A stretch of DNA of 63,332 nt, filler included, from Octopus bimaculoides (GCF_001194135.2; 5 parts of 4 records of this genome joined end to end with filler, not necessarily neighbours in it), one strand, 5' to 3'; shown: positions 1 through 12,730, counted from the whole stretch's first letter. Numbers and translations are program-made. Notes: generated by a model not told the origin, from the sequence alone.

Positions 1-19
1 TTCAAAGAAGTACGAAACT

Positions 20-477
20 CTAAACTCTTTCAAAGTAGGATTCTCCGACATCAACGCATTTGTTGCAGCGCTCCAGCCATGGAATTCTTTCAAAGTAAAG
101 GTGTTCAGAACTCTTGTCACGGCCTCCTTCGTCTTCAAAACGACAGCCCCTGATGTTCCCCTTCGGTTTGAGGAATAACCAGAAGTCACAGAGGGCAAGG
201 TCTGGACTGTCGGGAGGGTTAGGGACAGATTTCATGCCTATCTCTGTTAAATCAATGGTTACCAGATTACTCGTCAATGAGCACCCTGGGAACAAATTTT
301 GCACACGTTCAGACTTTTATGAATGATTCTGTGTACAGTTGCCACACCAACTCCAAACTGTATACTTATTGTCTTTATAGACACACGACGGTCTTCGTCC
401 AGAAAATTGCGAATTTTCTCAACCAGCTCTGATGTTCTGACGTCCTTCTCCCATCCACATCTCACTTCGTCTCTCAT
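20..477 (-). mobile_element. Mariner transposase pseudogene with internal deletion
   Basis: HTH segment (DRRVSIKTISIQFGVGVATVHRII) is followed by a frameshifted AKFVPRVL (WVPHEL-like linker) and then directly by PPDSPDLALCDFWLF (YSPDL motif). The catalytic core between them is missing. Confidence 0.85.
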
Positions 478-491
478 TTCCTCTCTATCGT

Positions 492-637
492 CTTTAGACC
501 GTTACCTTTCATCCTTTCGGGGTCGATTAAATAAGTACCAGTTACGCACTGGGATCGATGTAATCGACTTAATCCGTTTGTCTGTCCTTGCTTGTCTCCT
601 CTATGTTTAGCCCCCCTATGGGTAATAAAGAAATAAA
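492..637 (+). mobile_element. tRNA-derived SINE family B, 5'-truncated
   Basis: cctttcatcctttcggggtcgattaaataagtaccag core shared with many copies in the window; tail ends aaagaaataa. Confidence 0.8.
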
Positions 638-674
638 TTATAGATCATATATAAAAATAAAATCTACACATACA

Positions 675-845
675 GGCGCAGGAGTGGCTGTGTGGTAAGT
701 AGCTTGCTTATCAACCACATGGTTCCGGGTTCAGTCCCACTGCGTGGCACCTTGGGCAAGTGTCTTCTACTATAGCCTCAGGCCGACCAAAGCCTTGTGA
801 GTGGATTTGGTAGACGGAAACTGAAAGAAGCCCGTCGTATATATG

Positions 846-880
<35 letters not shown>

Positions 881-1062
881 ATATATGTTTGTGTGTCTGT
901 GTTTGTCCTCCCCCCCAACTTCGCTTGACAACCGATGCTGGTGTGTTTATGCCTCCGTAACTTAGCGGTTCGGCAAAAAGAGACCGATAGAATAAGTACT
1001 AGGCTTACAAAGAATAAGTCCTGGGGTCGATTTTCTCGACTAAACAAGTAAAAGAGTAACAG
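675..1062 (+). mobile_element. tRNA-derived SINE family A with CORE-like domain
   Basis: Head with A-box-like tggctgtgtggtaag and B-box-like ggttcagtccc; gcaccttgggcaagt resembles the CORE-SINE motif; internal (TA)/(TG) microsatellite; many near-identical copies in the window. Confidence 0.85.
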
Positions 1063-1575
1063 AGATACACAAAATACGTACATGTATGTATGTATGTATG
1101 TATGTATGAATGAATTTAACTTCTTACATATGTATGTATGTGCATGCACAATCACACACACAAATGCATTAGTGTGGAAACTCCCTGCTGATTCGTATAA
1201 AGAATTTATTGGGTGTAAGTAAAAGATAGGAACTAACGCAGCTGGTACAGTGCTTGGAATTTATGACGAGAATGTCACTGAGTCTGAATTGATACCGAGT
1301 AGAAGATTTGTAACACTAGACATTGCGACGAAGATGCTAAGTGTAGCTTGGTAGAAGCAGAATAGTATCACTTGGTTTCGTTGCTATTTAGCACCAGTTC
1401 GGACTTGTTCGAGTAAATCTATGATAAAACGCTTTCTAACCGTAATATCTTAGAAAAGAGGAAGAATAGAGTTATATAATGTAGATCTAGATACACTATG
1501 TCTGAGGTGTGTGTGTGTGTGGGGGGGAGACAGATGGCTACGGTTGGAATTTTTATTTATTTATTGGCTTATTTA

Positions 1576-1943
1576 TACAAGTATGTCCCTCGACTTTGTT
1601 GCCTCATAACTTTGACAAAAATGGGTATTTTTCAATGAAATTTTCTGGTGTATATTACGATAGTATCAGAATTTAATGTAAAAAAAAAACTGATTGGCGC
1701 GGACACACATACCGACTGACATACATCACATAATATTTTGCAAATTTAATTTTGTAGATATATATATTATGTGTGTCACTGTGTTTGTGTGCGCGCCTCC
1801 CCACCATTTTTTCCACATCAAATTCGCACATAATCGTAATCTACACCATCTGAAAGGTATTTATAGAAAGTTCAACTGGAAAATACCCGATTTTCTGAAA
1901 AGTTACGAAGAAACAATGTCGGTAGAGGGGAGTTACACTTGTG
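1576..1943. mobile_element. MITE with ~70-bp imperfect TIRs, TA-flanked (Tc1/mariner-like)
   Basis: acaagtatgtccctcgactttgttgcctcataactttgacaaaaatgggtattttt at 1577 matches the reverse complement of the segment ending acttgt at 1942; TA on both flanks. Confidence 0.6.
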
Positions 1944-3559
1944 TAAGGCATGCTTATTGTTGTCTTTCAAACAGTTTAATCATAAGTTTTTTCGAGGACT
2001 GATCTAGGACTAAAGATGATAGAAACGAAACGGTTCAAATGCCCTTACGGCCCTTAACGTCCTAGGTTCGAATTCCGTTAAGGACAACTTTGCCTGGAGT
2101 CGATGATATAAAACACCAGCCAAGCACTGGATCGATTTGCTATAAAACATTCTTAATGCGAATGCTGGTATTGAATTAATGGCAATAAATAACATGAACG
2201 ATATACAGTGCTGTTGAAAATTATATTTATTTATAGACGTTGTCTGCTTGATTATTCTGAAGCAGATCGTTCGTTTCACATCTGAGACTTAATAAAAACA
2301 AAAATGAAGACAAATCAGCTGAAGTTGTAGAACCAGACTGTACTAAGTGATGTTAGCAGACAGGGGAGATAAATGTGAGAGAGTACATATGTGTGTGTAA
2401 GAGAGTAAGAGAAACAGGGAGGGAGAGAGAGAAAGAGAAACAGGGAGGGAGAGAGAGAGAGAAAGAGAAACAGGGAGGGAGAGAGAGAAAGAGTTAGAGA
2501 AAAAGTGAGAGCAAGTGAGATACGCGCGCGCACACGCACACAAACAGATGGAAATCAATGGTTGGAAGTTGTGAAGAGAGGGAGACAAAGAGAGACCTTT
2601 AAAAAAGTAAAAAAGTTGAGGGGAGAGAGAGAGAGAGAGTAAGATAAGTGAGAAATGATCCCAGCCAGAGGAAAAGAAATGTGAGAAGAGAGAGAAAACG
2701 AAGTAAACGAGGAGAGAAAGAGAGAAGACAAAATATAAATGAGAGAGAGAGAGAGAGAAAATGAGTGAATGTAGGTGAGAACGGCTAAGATGGGATGGAA
2801 AGAGAAAAAGGAAAGAAGAAGCGAAGAAGCAATAGAGAGTGAGAAGAAATGACAGAGAAATAAATTAGCTGATAGAGAAAAAGAAAGAAGTGTATTATAG
2901 TCGATTGTGTCGGCCGAGTACGTGACTAGTGTCTTAATTTATCGACCCAGGAGGAATAAAAAGATCAAGACGACATCAGCTGTATTTTGAATCTATACGG
3001 GACAGTCCTCCGTTCAGTCATTTTATTGTCCGGGAGAATAGAAAGAAAAAGAAAAGAAAGAAACAAAGAAAGCATTAGGAGGGACGAGGAGGAGAAAGAG
3101 TAAGGAAATAGAGAGAATGGTTAGTCAGAAGAGAAGTGGTAAGAGAGAGCTATGTAAGCGTGGAAAAGGAAGGGGAGTGACAGAGAGAGAGAGAGAGAGA
3201 GAGGGAGAAAGGAAGAGTGTGATTTGATATTAAGGAAATAGAAAGAGTAAAAGGAAGAAGGAAGAGGGAAGCAGGAGAATGAGGGAGTAGTTTCTCGGAA
3301 ATGAAGCGAAAAGGAAACTAAGAGAGAGAGAGAGAGAGAGCGGGAGATAGAGAGAGAGAGGTCAGGAGATAGAGAGAGAGAGGGCAGGAGATAGAGAGAG
3401 TTAAAGAGTAATATGATAGTAAAGAAATAGAAATAGTAAAAGCAACAGACATGGAGAGAGAGTGTTGGTGTGAGAAAATTATGAATAAGAGAGAGAGGAC
3501 GAAGAGAGATAAAAGGGTTGCGGGTTATTTGATGATAAAAGAGAAAGAAAAAATAGAGA

Positions 3560-3775
3560 GGGCGGTGTTGTAATGGTCGTTTGGCCCTAGGTCAGCCCTG
3601 ATGAAGGAAAACCTACGATGAAGGACAATCCAGCCATTGCCATCCAGTCTGTTTCTAACATTGGGAAGAAAATGAAGCTCACATTACGTTACGCAACGTC
3701 TTTTTTTCTTCTAAGACTGTGTCGTCTGATTTGAAAGAGATTTGGCTGCTATGTCTCGCAGATCACTCAAATATG
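3560..3775 (-). mobile_element. Interspersed repeat family G (SINE-like); related pieces near 1370-1510, 14160-14350, 16785-17070, 36050-36165, 40560-40720
   Basis: Shared blocks ccctaggtcagccctgat and gaaagagatttggctgctat recur in the listed places. Confidence 0.55.
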
Positions 3776-3789
3776 TGTATGTGTGTGCG

Positions 3790-4510
3790 TGTGTGTGTGT
3801 GGTAGCAGTAGTATAGGAAAGAGAAAGAGTAAAAAGCAATAGAGAGGGGGCGCGGTTATATGTGGTGGTGGTGGTGGTGGTAGTGGGAAAAGAAACAGTA
3901 AAAGACACGAAAGGGAGATAGAGAGAGTGACGGAAATAGGAAAAGCAAGAGAGGGGAGAGAAAGACAGATAGAAACAGTAAAAGCAAAAGACGGAGGGAG
4001 ATGTGTGTCTATATGTGTGTACGGTGGTGGTGGTGGTGGTGTCGGACAAAGAAAGCGAGACTGGGGGAGTGTGATGCATGTCTACATGTGTGTACGGTGG
4101 TGGTGGTGGTGGTAGACGGAGAAAAAGAAAGAGTAAAAAACATGAGGGAGGGGGAGTGTCTATGTGTGTATGATGGTGGTGGTGGTGGTGATGGTAGTAG
4201 ACAAAGAAAGAGAAAGTAAGAAACAAGAGATCGAGAGAGAGAGAGAGAGCTGTATCTATGTGTGTACGGTGGTGGTAGTAGACGAAGAAAGAAAGAGTGA
4301 AAGACAACAGAGAGTAAGTATGTAGGGACGGAGGTGAAAGAAGAAAGAGTAAAAGACAAGAGAGAGTAAGTGTGAAGGTACGGAGGTGAAAGAAGAAAGA
4401 GTAAAAGACAACAGAGAGTAAGTATGTAGGGACGGAGGTGAAAGAAGAAAGAGTAAGAGACAACAGAGAGGAAGTGTGTAGGGGGACGGCGGTGAAAGAA
4501 GAAAGAGTAT
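3790..4510. repeat. Purine-rich minisatellite: ~4 copies of a 52-bp unit preceded by longer (GGT)n-containing variants
   Basis: Unit gaaagaagaaagagtaaaagacaacagagagtaagtatgtagggacggaggt repeats at 4284-4508. Confidence 0.8.
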
Positions 4511-5533
4511 AAGTTGTGTGTGCGAACAGACGTAACTAGTGCACATTACCCCTTGACCTCCACTAAAACAAGACAGAAGCAATGTCGACCAGCTAAAAAA
4601 AACTCTGGATGACAACATGTAAACCAAATACAAAATGTGCGGATAAATACAAGTTGTAGCGACGAAATTTCACTCTTTTAGGTAAGTGGACGTCGACATT
4701 TATCCGTTGTTTCGGTTTACGACGAATGTTAACCCGTTGAAGACGTGTCAGCCTGGAAATGTTGCCTTGGAATAATAATATATTTAGTGTGTGTGTATGT
4801 ATTAGTTTGTGTGTGCGCATTAGTGTATGTGTGTGTGGGGGGTATTAGTGTGTGTGTGTGGGGGGGTATTAGTGTNNNNNNNNNNNNNNNNNNNNNNNNN
4901 NNNNNNNNNNNNNNNNNNNNNNNNNNNNNNNNNNNNNNNNNNNNNNNNNNNNNNNNNNNNNNNNNNNNNNNNNNNNNNNNNNNNNNNNNNNNNNNNNNNN
5001 NNNNNNNNNNNNNNNNNNNNNNNNNNNNNNNNNNNNNNNNNNNNNNNNNNNNNNNNNNNNNNNNNNNNNNNNNNNNNNNNNNNNNNNNNNNNNNNNNNNN
5101 NNNNNNNNNNNNNNNNNNNNNNNNNNNNNNNNNNNNNNNNNNNNNNNNNNNNNNNNNNNNNNNNNNNNNNNNNNNNNNNNNNNNNNNNNNNNNNNNNNNN
5201 NNNNNNNNNNNNNNNNNNNNNNNNNNNNNNNNNNNNNNNNNNNNNNNNNNNNNNNNNNNNNNNNNNNNNNNNNNNNNNNNNNNNNNNNTCTCAGTAAATA
5301 AGAAACCATTGAATTGATGGAGCATTATATATATATATATGTGTATGTGTGTGTGTGTGTGTTTGTATAATGCTCCATAAACGCATTTTGTCTCTGATTA
5401 CTTTATTATCTGTAATGCATGTAGGAATATATATATATATAAAGAAACTATACTCAGTGAAGACAGGCACTCGTATGTGTGTGTGTATATAGATAGATAG
5501 ATAGATATGTATATATATATATGTGTGTATATG

Positions 5534-5572
<39 letters not shown>

Positions 5573-5637
5573 CCTGAGATGTATATATGTGTGTGTATAT
5601 AGATAGATAGATATGTATATATATGTGTGTGCATATG

Positions 5638-5670
<33 letters not shown>

Positions 5671-5748
5671 CGAGCGAGAGATGTATATATATGTGTGTGT
5701 ATATAGATAGATAGATAGATAGATATGTACATATATGTGTGTGTATGT

Positions 5749-5784
<36 letters not shown>

Positions 5785-6484
5785 TGTATATATGTGTGTG
5801 TATATAGATAGATAGATAGATATGTGTGTGTATGTATATATATATAGCGAGAGATGTATATATATATGTGTGTGTATATAGATAGATATGTATGTATACA
5901 TATGTGTGTGTATGTATATATATATAGAGAGAGAGACAGAGATGTATATATGTGTGAATATTTAGAGACAAACAGACAGACAGGTGTATACGCGCGTGTG
6001 TGTGTGTGTCTGTGAGTATGTATAAACAGTTATTTTATTATCATCATCACTTAATGTCCATCTTCCATGTTGGCTGAAGTTCAGTGTTCGACAGGATACG
6101 ACGTGTCGGAAGACTGCGTCATCCATCAACGTCTACTCCGACGTGGTCCCTATGGCTGGATGCCCGTCCGGACGCCAACCACTTTACAGAGTGCACTGGC
6201 TATTATTATTATTATTATTATTATTATTCTTTTTTTCGTAGCATCAGCACTAGTGGACATTACATTGTTCCATACAAAACTAAGTATGCAGAATGGGGCC
6301 CCCTATTAGTAAAAGAGAATAAAAACGAGAGGGTGCTATGGTTATATATATATGGGGTGATTGCAATAGATTTATTGTTGTGATAGGGTGATAGTGGAGA
6401 GAGTAGGTAGAGCAGGCATTAACTGGGGAGAGTGTATATAAAGATACGTGTGTGTATACAGATATTTGTGTGTGTGTATATATA

Positions 6485-6878
6485 CTCTTTTCCTGGTTTC
6501 AGTCATTTGACTGCGGCCATGCTGGAGCACCGCCTTTAGTCGAGCAAATCGACCCCAGGACTTATTCTTTGGAGGCCTAGTACTTATTCTATCGGTCTAT
6601 TTTTGCCGAACCGCTAAGTTACGGGGACGTAAACACACCAGCATGGGCTGTCAAGCGATGATGGTAGGGGGACAAACACAAACACACACACACACATATA
6701 TATATTCATATATACGACGGGCTTCTTTCAGTTTCCGTCTACCAAATCCACTCACAAGGCTTTGGTCGGCCTGAGGCTATAGTAGAAGGCACTTGCCCAA
6801 GTGTCCATGCAGTGGGACTGAACCCGGAACCATGTGGTTGGTAAACAAGCTACTTACCACACAGCCACTCCTGCGCCT
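6485..6878 (-). mobile_element. SINE family A, full length
   Basis: Reverse complement of the 675-1062 element, including the tail ggcggtgctccagcatggccgcagtcaaatgactgaaac. Confidence 0.85.
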
Positions 6879-7104
6879 ATTATATACACAAACACACACA
6901 CACACACACACGAAATAAGTTCAATACGCTCTGGAATTGTGAAAGATGGGCTTCAATTTTTCTAAAAGTGGATAAAATAATAACGAATGCATACGTACTT
7001 GTACAGACAGTTTTGGTGCGTGACTTCTGGTCTACCCTCTGTATGCATGAATGTGTATATATATATGTATGTATGTATATCTATCTCTATGTGTGTATGT
7101 ATGT

Positions 7105-7330
7105 GATCGTTAATTGAAGTCCGTTTTCCTGCTGGCATGAGTTGAACTGATTGACAACATCTTGTGAGCTAAAGGGCTACTCCAAACTCAGCTGTTAGCT
7201 CTGGCATGGTTTCTATGGCTGGATGTCCTTCCTAAAACCAACCACTTTACAGTGTGTACTGGGGGCCCTTTTTTGGGGTGGGGGTCATACCACCAATGCC
7301 AGTGATGTTGCCAAGTAACTTGCAAGACAG
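7105..7330 (-). mobile_element. SINE/RTE-tail repeat family F
   Basis: ctggatgtccttcctaaaaccaaccact motif; family ends in (GAT)n, as RTE-mobilised elements do. Other copies at 12434-12586, 13285-13500, 15235-15375, 18518-18790. Confidence 0.7.
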
Positions 7331-7439
7331 AAAAAATTGGGGGGAAGATGGCTTTATGCCAAGAGTTGAAAGGCTAAAGCTTGTTTTGTTATAGAGGGGG
7401 AGACATGGCTGCCACACACATATAGAGCGGAGTGGAAGT

Positions 7440-7630
7440 AACTGGGATGGAAAAGTGCCCATGCAGTGCCAGTTAAAAACATCCAGTACACTCTGTGGAG
7501 TGGTTGGCATTAGGAAGGGCATCCAGCCACAGAAACCAAGCCAGATTAGACTGGAGTCTGGTACAGCGTGCCAGCTCTGGTCAGACTGTCCAACCTTTGC
7601 CATCATGGACGACAGACATGAAATAATGAT
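7440..7630 (+). mobile_element. Family F copy, inverted relative to 7105-7330
   Basis: gtggttggcattaggaagggcatccagcc ... ggacgacagacatgaaataatgat. Confidence 0.7.
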
Positions 7631-7804
7631 TATTTATATATATCTTAAGATAAATATAATAAAAAGATTACACGTGTTTCATAACTAATTTATCTTATGA
7701 TATTTACTTTACTTTATATTATACTCATTTATTGTGCTTTTAATTATTAATTTTTCTATATGTGATAGTAGATTTTCATCGATGAGTTCTTGAAACTTGG
7801 TTAT

Positions 7805-7855
<51 letters not shown>

Positions 7856-7869
7856 GTATATATACTTAC

Positions 7870-8101
7870 AACAGTGGTGACGCTGGCGTTCGGTCATATA
7901 AAAACAAGTAATAAATGAGTATATGCATATATACGTACATGTATGTACATACTTACATCTACCTGTATATATAGATGCATATCTGGGTACAGGACATTGC
8001 AAACAAAACGTAGACAAAATGATAAACAAGTACAGAAAACACACAGGCCACATAGAGAACATTTCCTTCATCAGCTGCCACCATTCAACGCNNNNNNNNN
8101 N

Positions 8102-8137
<36 letters not shown>

Positions 8138-8372
8138 GTATATATACTTACAACAGTGGTGACGCTGGCGTTCGGTCATATAAAAACAAGTAATAAATGA
8201 GTATATGCATATATACGTACATGTATGTACATACTTACATCTACCTGTATATATAGATGCATATCTGGGTACAGGACATTGCAAACAAAACGTAGACAAA
8301 ATGATAAACAAGTACAGAAAACACACAGGCCACATAGAGAACATTTCCTTCATCAGCTGCCACCATTCAACG
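7870..8372 (-). mobile_element. Penelope-like terminal repeat fragment, duplicated across a 10-N gap
   Basis: Minus strand carries gctgatgaaggaaat, resembling the CTGATGA..CGAAAC signature of Penelope 3' ends; related piece at 20930-21068. Confidence 0.4.
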
Positions 8373-8382
8373 CTGGCGTTTC

Positions 8383-8743
8383 GTGCTTCCCAACCACATG
8401 GTTCCAGGTTCAGTTCCACTGTGTGGCACCTTGGGCAAGTGGTCTTCTACTATAGCATTGGGCCAACCAAGGCATTGTGAGTGGATTCGGTAGATGGAAG
8501 CTGAAAGAAGCCCATTGCATGTGTGTGTGACCGACCTCTTGTCTGTGTTTGTCCCCAACCACTGCTTGACAACCGGTGTTGGTGTGTTTACATCGCTTTA
8601 ACTTAGCAATTCAGCAAAAAGATACTGATAGAATATGTACCAGGCTTAACAAAAGATATGTACTTGGGTCAATTCATTCGACTAAAATTTCTGCAAGGTG
8701 ATGCCCCAGTCTGGCCGCTGTCTAACGACTGAAAACAGTAAAA
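8383..8743 (+). mobile_element. SINE family A, diverged copy
   Basis: ccaaccacatggttccaggttcagttccactgtgtggcaccttgggcaagt through tail gactgaaaacagtaaaa. Confidence 0.8.
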
Positions 8744-9153
8744 TATATATGTATATATATATATTTGCAAATAGCAATGGATTACTCCAAACATTTACCA
8801 GTTTGCTCTCAGTTAGGTATTTGAAATAGGTTATCCAACAGTTGATGTATAAATCCAATAATATTCTCATAAGACATGAATACATTCTTATACTTGTATG
8901 TTGTTGACAGTGACTTCGAAGTTTTGGCCATTGCGGACTGATGTGTGTATGTACTTGTAGCAATTGAATATTTTTTTTTGGCTGATGTCAATACTGTTGG
9001 ATTGTATGTCAAAATTCCAATGATTTCCAAAAGAGCAGCAGATGACAAGATGTCGGCTGTGTCCCTTTAGATTTAAACTGTTGTTATTGTGAAGTTTGTA
9101 CGTTCCCCTTTTTGATTCAGTCTTCAGTATGTTTGTCACCACATTGATTGCAT

Positions 9154-9231
<78 letters not shown>

Positions 9232-9691
9232 NNNNNNNNNNNNNNNNNNNNNNNNNNNNNNNNNNNNNNNNNNNNNNNNNNNNNNNNNNNNNNNNNNNNN
9301 NNNNNNNNNNNNNNNNNNNNNNNNNNNNNNNNNNNNNNNNNNNNNNNNNNNNNNNNNNNNNNNNNNNNNNNNNNNNNNNNNNNNNNNNNNNNNNNNNNNN
9401 NNNNNNNNNNNNNNNNNNNNNNNNNNNNNNNNNNNNNNNNNNNNNNNNNNNNNNNNNNNNNNNNNNNNNNNNNNNNNNNNNNNNNNNNNNNNNNNNNNNN
9501 NNNNNNNNNNNNNNNNNNNNNNNNNNNNNNNNNNNNNNNNNNNNNNNNNNNNNNNNNNNNNNNNNNNNNNNNNNNNNNNNNNNNNNNNNNNNNNNNNNNN
9601 NNNNNNNNNNNNNNNNNNNNNNNNNNNNNNNNNNNNNNNNNNNNNNNNNNNNNNNNNNNNNNNNNNNNNNNNNNNNNNNNNNNNNNNNNNA

Positions 9692-9729
<38 letters not shown>

Positions 9730-9929
9730 CATATTGTGTATGCAAAAACTTGGGTAACTCTATGTCCAAGATATAAAATTTTTGTTGTAATAATTACTGC
9801 CCTACTCTTTAGAGTGTGCTTCTTTCTGATATATGTTTTTTTATTAACTGTCTCGACATATGAGTGTAGAAAAATAGCCAACAACCAATGAAGGGTCGTT
9901 CTTTGTGTTGCTTGTTTTGTTTTCCATTT

Positions 9930-10212
9930 GTATCTTTCGTTGTTTGAAAAAATAGTTCATATTCCATGTATGTCTTCTTTCTCAAGATTGGTACTCAGGC
10001 AGTGTGTTATGTATCCCAGTGCCCCAATAATTACAGGTATAAACCTGAACTTGTAGTCTGAGTAGAATAACTGTAGATTTCTCAATAGTTCAGCGTAGGT
10101 ATTTATCTTTTTCTCCAATCTTTAGCTTTATGCTAACATCTGCTGGGCAGCTGATTTCCACAACTGTACACAGTTTCTCCTCTCTGTCCCAAATCACTAT
10201 GTATTTCTATAG
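9930..10212 (-). mobile_element. Non-LTR retrotransposon restriction-like endonuclease (RLE) domain remnant (R4/NeSL/HERO-type)
   Basis: Translates to VIWDREEKLCTVVEISCPADVSIKLKIGEKINTYAELLRNLQLFYSDYKFRFIPVIIGALGYI, matching the PD..E..C/K..KY..L/VIIGALG pattern. Confidence 0.75.
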
Positions 10213-10539
10213 GTGTGTGTGTGTGTGTGTAGAGTCAACAGATGAGATCCAGAGACTCTTGGTATAGAGAACACTTAGTAGCACTCGAATGATCCAATTT
10301 TAGACTCCGATGTCTTTACGAGGGACCAATTCTGCAGGATAAAGAGTAGCTATAAGAGGAATCCCAATGAGCAGATATGGAAACATTTATGCAGATAAAC
10401 AAATTAAATATAACCGCTTGGGCAAGCTTATATTCTTAATTTTGTTTATCCATATAATTCTCTCTCTGTATGTATGTATGTATGCATATCTGTCTGTCAG
10501 GATGAGAATGATGATTATCATAATTTTACATCCACTCTC

Positions 10540-10873
10540 CGTGGAGGTGCAATGGCCCAGTGGTTAGGGCAGCGGTCTCGTGATCATAGGATCGCGGTTT
10601 CGATTCCCAGACCGGGCGTTGTGAGTGTTTATTGAGCGAAAACACCACAACTTTCTCTCACTCTTACTTCCTGTTTCTGTTGTGTCTGTAATTCAAAGGG
10701 TCAGCCTTGTCACACTCTGTGTCATGCTGAATATCCCCGAGAACTACGTTAAGGGTACACGTGTCTGTGGAGTGCTCAGCCACTTGCACGTTAATTTCAC
10801 GAGGAGGCTGTTTCTTTAATTGGATCAACTGGAACCCTCGACGTCGTAAGTGACAGAGTGCCAACAACAACAA
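10540..10873 (+). mobile_element. tRNA-derived SINE family D
   Basis: Head gtggaggtgcaatggcccagtggttagggc (A box) and ggtttcgattccc (B box); (CAA)n tail. Confidence 0.8.
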
Positions 10874-11680
10874 CATCCACTCTCCATGCTTACAAGAATA
10901 GGGTGGGTGGGTGGTAGTGGCCTGAGTCTGTTCTCAAATGGAATTAGGGTCTTGTTAGACATTTCAGAGAACCAGTCCTCACTTTTTTGTAACGCCAATC
11001 TCTAGGTGTATTTTATCAAGGTACCAAACACCAGAGAGGTCATATCTTTAAGTCGGGACCAAAAGGGTCACCTCTCCACTTTCTGTTGTCTCTGCTCATT
11101 TGCTGATCACTTTACAGAATGTACTGGGTACATGTTATCGTGAGCGCTACCGGGGGTAGGGGCCCTCAAAACTCTACATTGTGTTCATTGGGGTCAACAT
11201 GACCAGTAGAGTGCACAGGGCAGAGGATGAGATGATGACTGCAAAAAAATAAGAGTGGGAGGAGAGAAAATTGCAAGAGTATAGTAGGAGTGACAATGAT
11301 CAGGGAGAGGGAGAAACGGGAAAGGGAGAGAGAGTGTGTGTGTGTGTGTGTGTGTGTGATTGATAGACATAAAAATTATTGGTAGTAAGAATCTGATGAA
11401 TGTTAATAAAGAATTAATTAAAAGTTAAGAAAGTGGAGGTTATCAGAATAAAAGGTAAGGTTTGCCCAAGATACCACCACACAGTGGGACCGAACCCAGG
11501 ACCATGTGGTTCGTAAGCAAACGTCTTACTACACAGCCACTCCCACTGTAACATTCATGCATGGTAACATTACTGCACATCTTGAGATGTGTGTTCACGT
11601 CCTCCCTTTCTAGCTCCCACGAGTCCTTTGCCTTCAAGGCCACGTCTCACTGCCATACAGAATCCCACTTTACATACATA

Positions 11681-12068
11681 CAGGAGTGGCTGTGTGGTAA
11701 GTAGCTTGCCTACCAACCACATGGTTCCGGGTTCAGTCCCACTGGGTGTCACCTTGGGCAAGTGTCTTCTACGATAGCCTCAGGCCGACCAAAGCCTTGT
11801 GAGTGGATTTGGTAGACGGAAACTGAAAGAAGCCCGTGGTATATATGTATATATATATTTGTGTGTCTGTGTTTGTACCCTCAACATCGCTTGACAACCG
11901 ATGCTGGTGTGTTCACGTCCCCGTAACTTAGCGGTTCGGCAAAAGAGACCGATAGAATAAGTACTAGGCTTCCAAAGAATAAGTCCTGGGGCCGAGTTGC
12001 TCAACTAAAGGTGGTGCTCCAGCATGGCCACAGTCAAAAGACTGAAACAAGTAAAAGAGTAAAAGAGA
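11681..12068 (+). mobile_element. SINE family A, full length
   Basis: Same head, CORE-like block and tail as 675-1062; a partial inverted head lies at 11455-11542. Confidence 0.85.
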
Positions 12069-12597
12069 GATACAACCTGGCCTTCGCTCTGAGAGAGAAA
12101 GAGATGCTCTTTGTCGACAACTGAGGTAGTTAGTAGCTTCCTGAACTTTTCCTAACTTGTTTTTTTTTTTTTTTGCTCACCATTTACCCAACTAACTTAA
12201 TTAGCTGTGGGAGTCAGGTGTATAGTAGCTCCCACTGCTAATTAGGTCACCTAACCTGCAGGCCTGGTGTTGGCATCTGGTGCAGGGCATACATCTGATC
12301 TTTGGTGTTGGCTGGTAAGCTATCTAGGTGATGGAAAAAACCATATAAGAAAACCTCAATAAATATGTTTTTTACTTGTTTCAGTCATCACACTGGCCAT
12401 TCTGGGGCACTGCCTTGATATATATATATATATATCATCATCATCATCATCATCGTTTAACGTCCGCTTTCCATGCTAGCATAGGTTGGACGATTTGACT
12501 GAGGACTGGTGAAACCAGATGGCAACACCAGGCTCCAATCTGATTTGGCAGAGTTTCTACAGCTGGATGCCCTTCCTAACGCCATATATATATATAT

Positions 12598-12730
12598 GGG
12601 AGAATTTACGAAAAAAACAACAGACGAAGACAGGTGGTGTAAACAACAAATGGATGTATTAGTTTAACGCTCGGGAATAGAGAAAGTCTTTGACGTTTCG
12701 AGCTACGCTCTTCAACAAAAAGGAACACAT
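12598..12730 (-). mobile_element. Penelope-like terminal repeat; second copy at 58748-58930
   Basis: gggagaatttacgaaaaaaacaacagacgaagacaggtggtg ... gacgtttcgagc recurs at 58748. Confidence 0.45.

Noticed and set aside
7851-8372. Identical ~240-bp direct repeat (period 281)
   Set aside because: The copies flank a 10-N gap and are identical, which is typical of an unmerged contig overlap. The same applies around 56412-56421.
12122-12131. tgaggtagtt, let-7-like start
   Set aside because: Diverges after the seed region, with no supporting hairpin.
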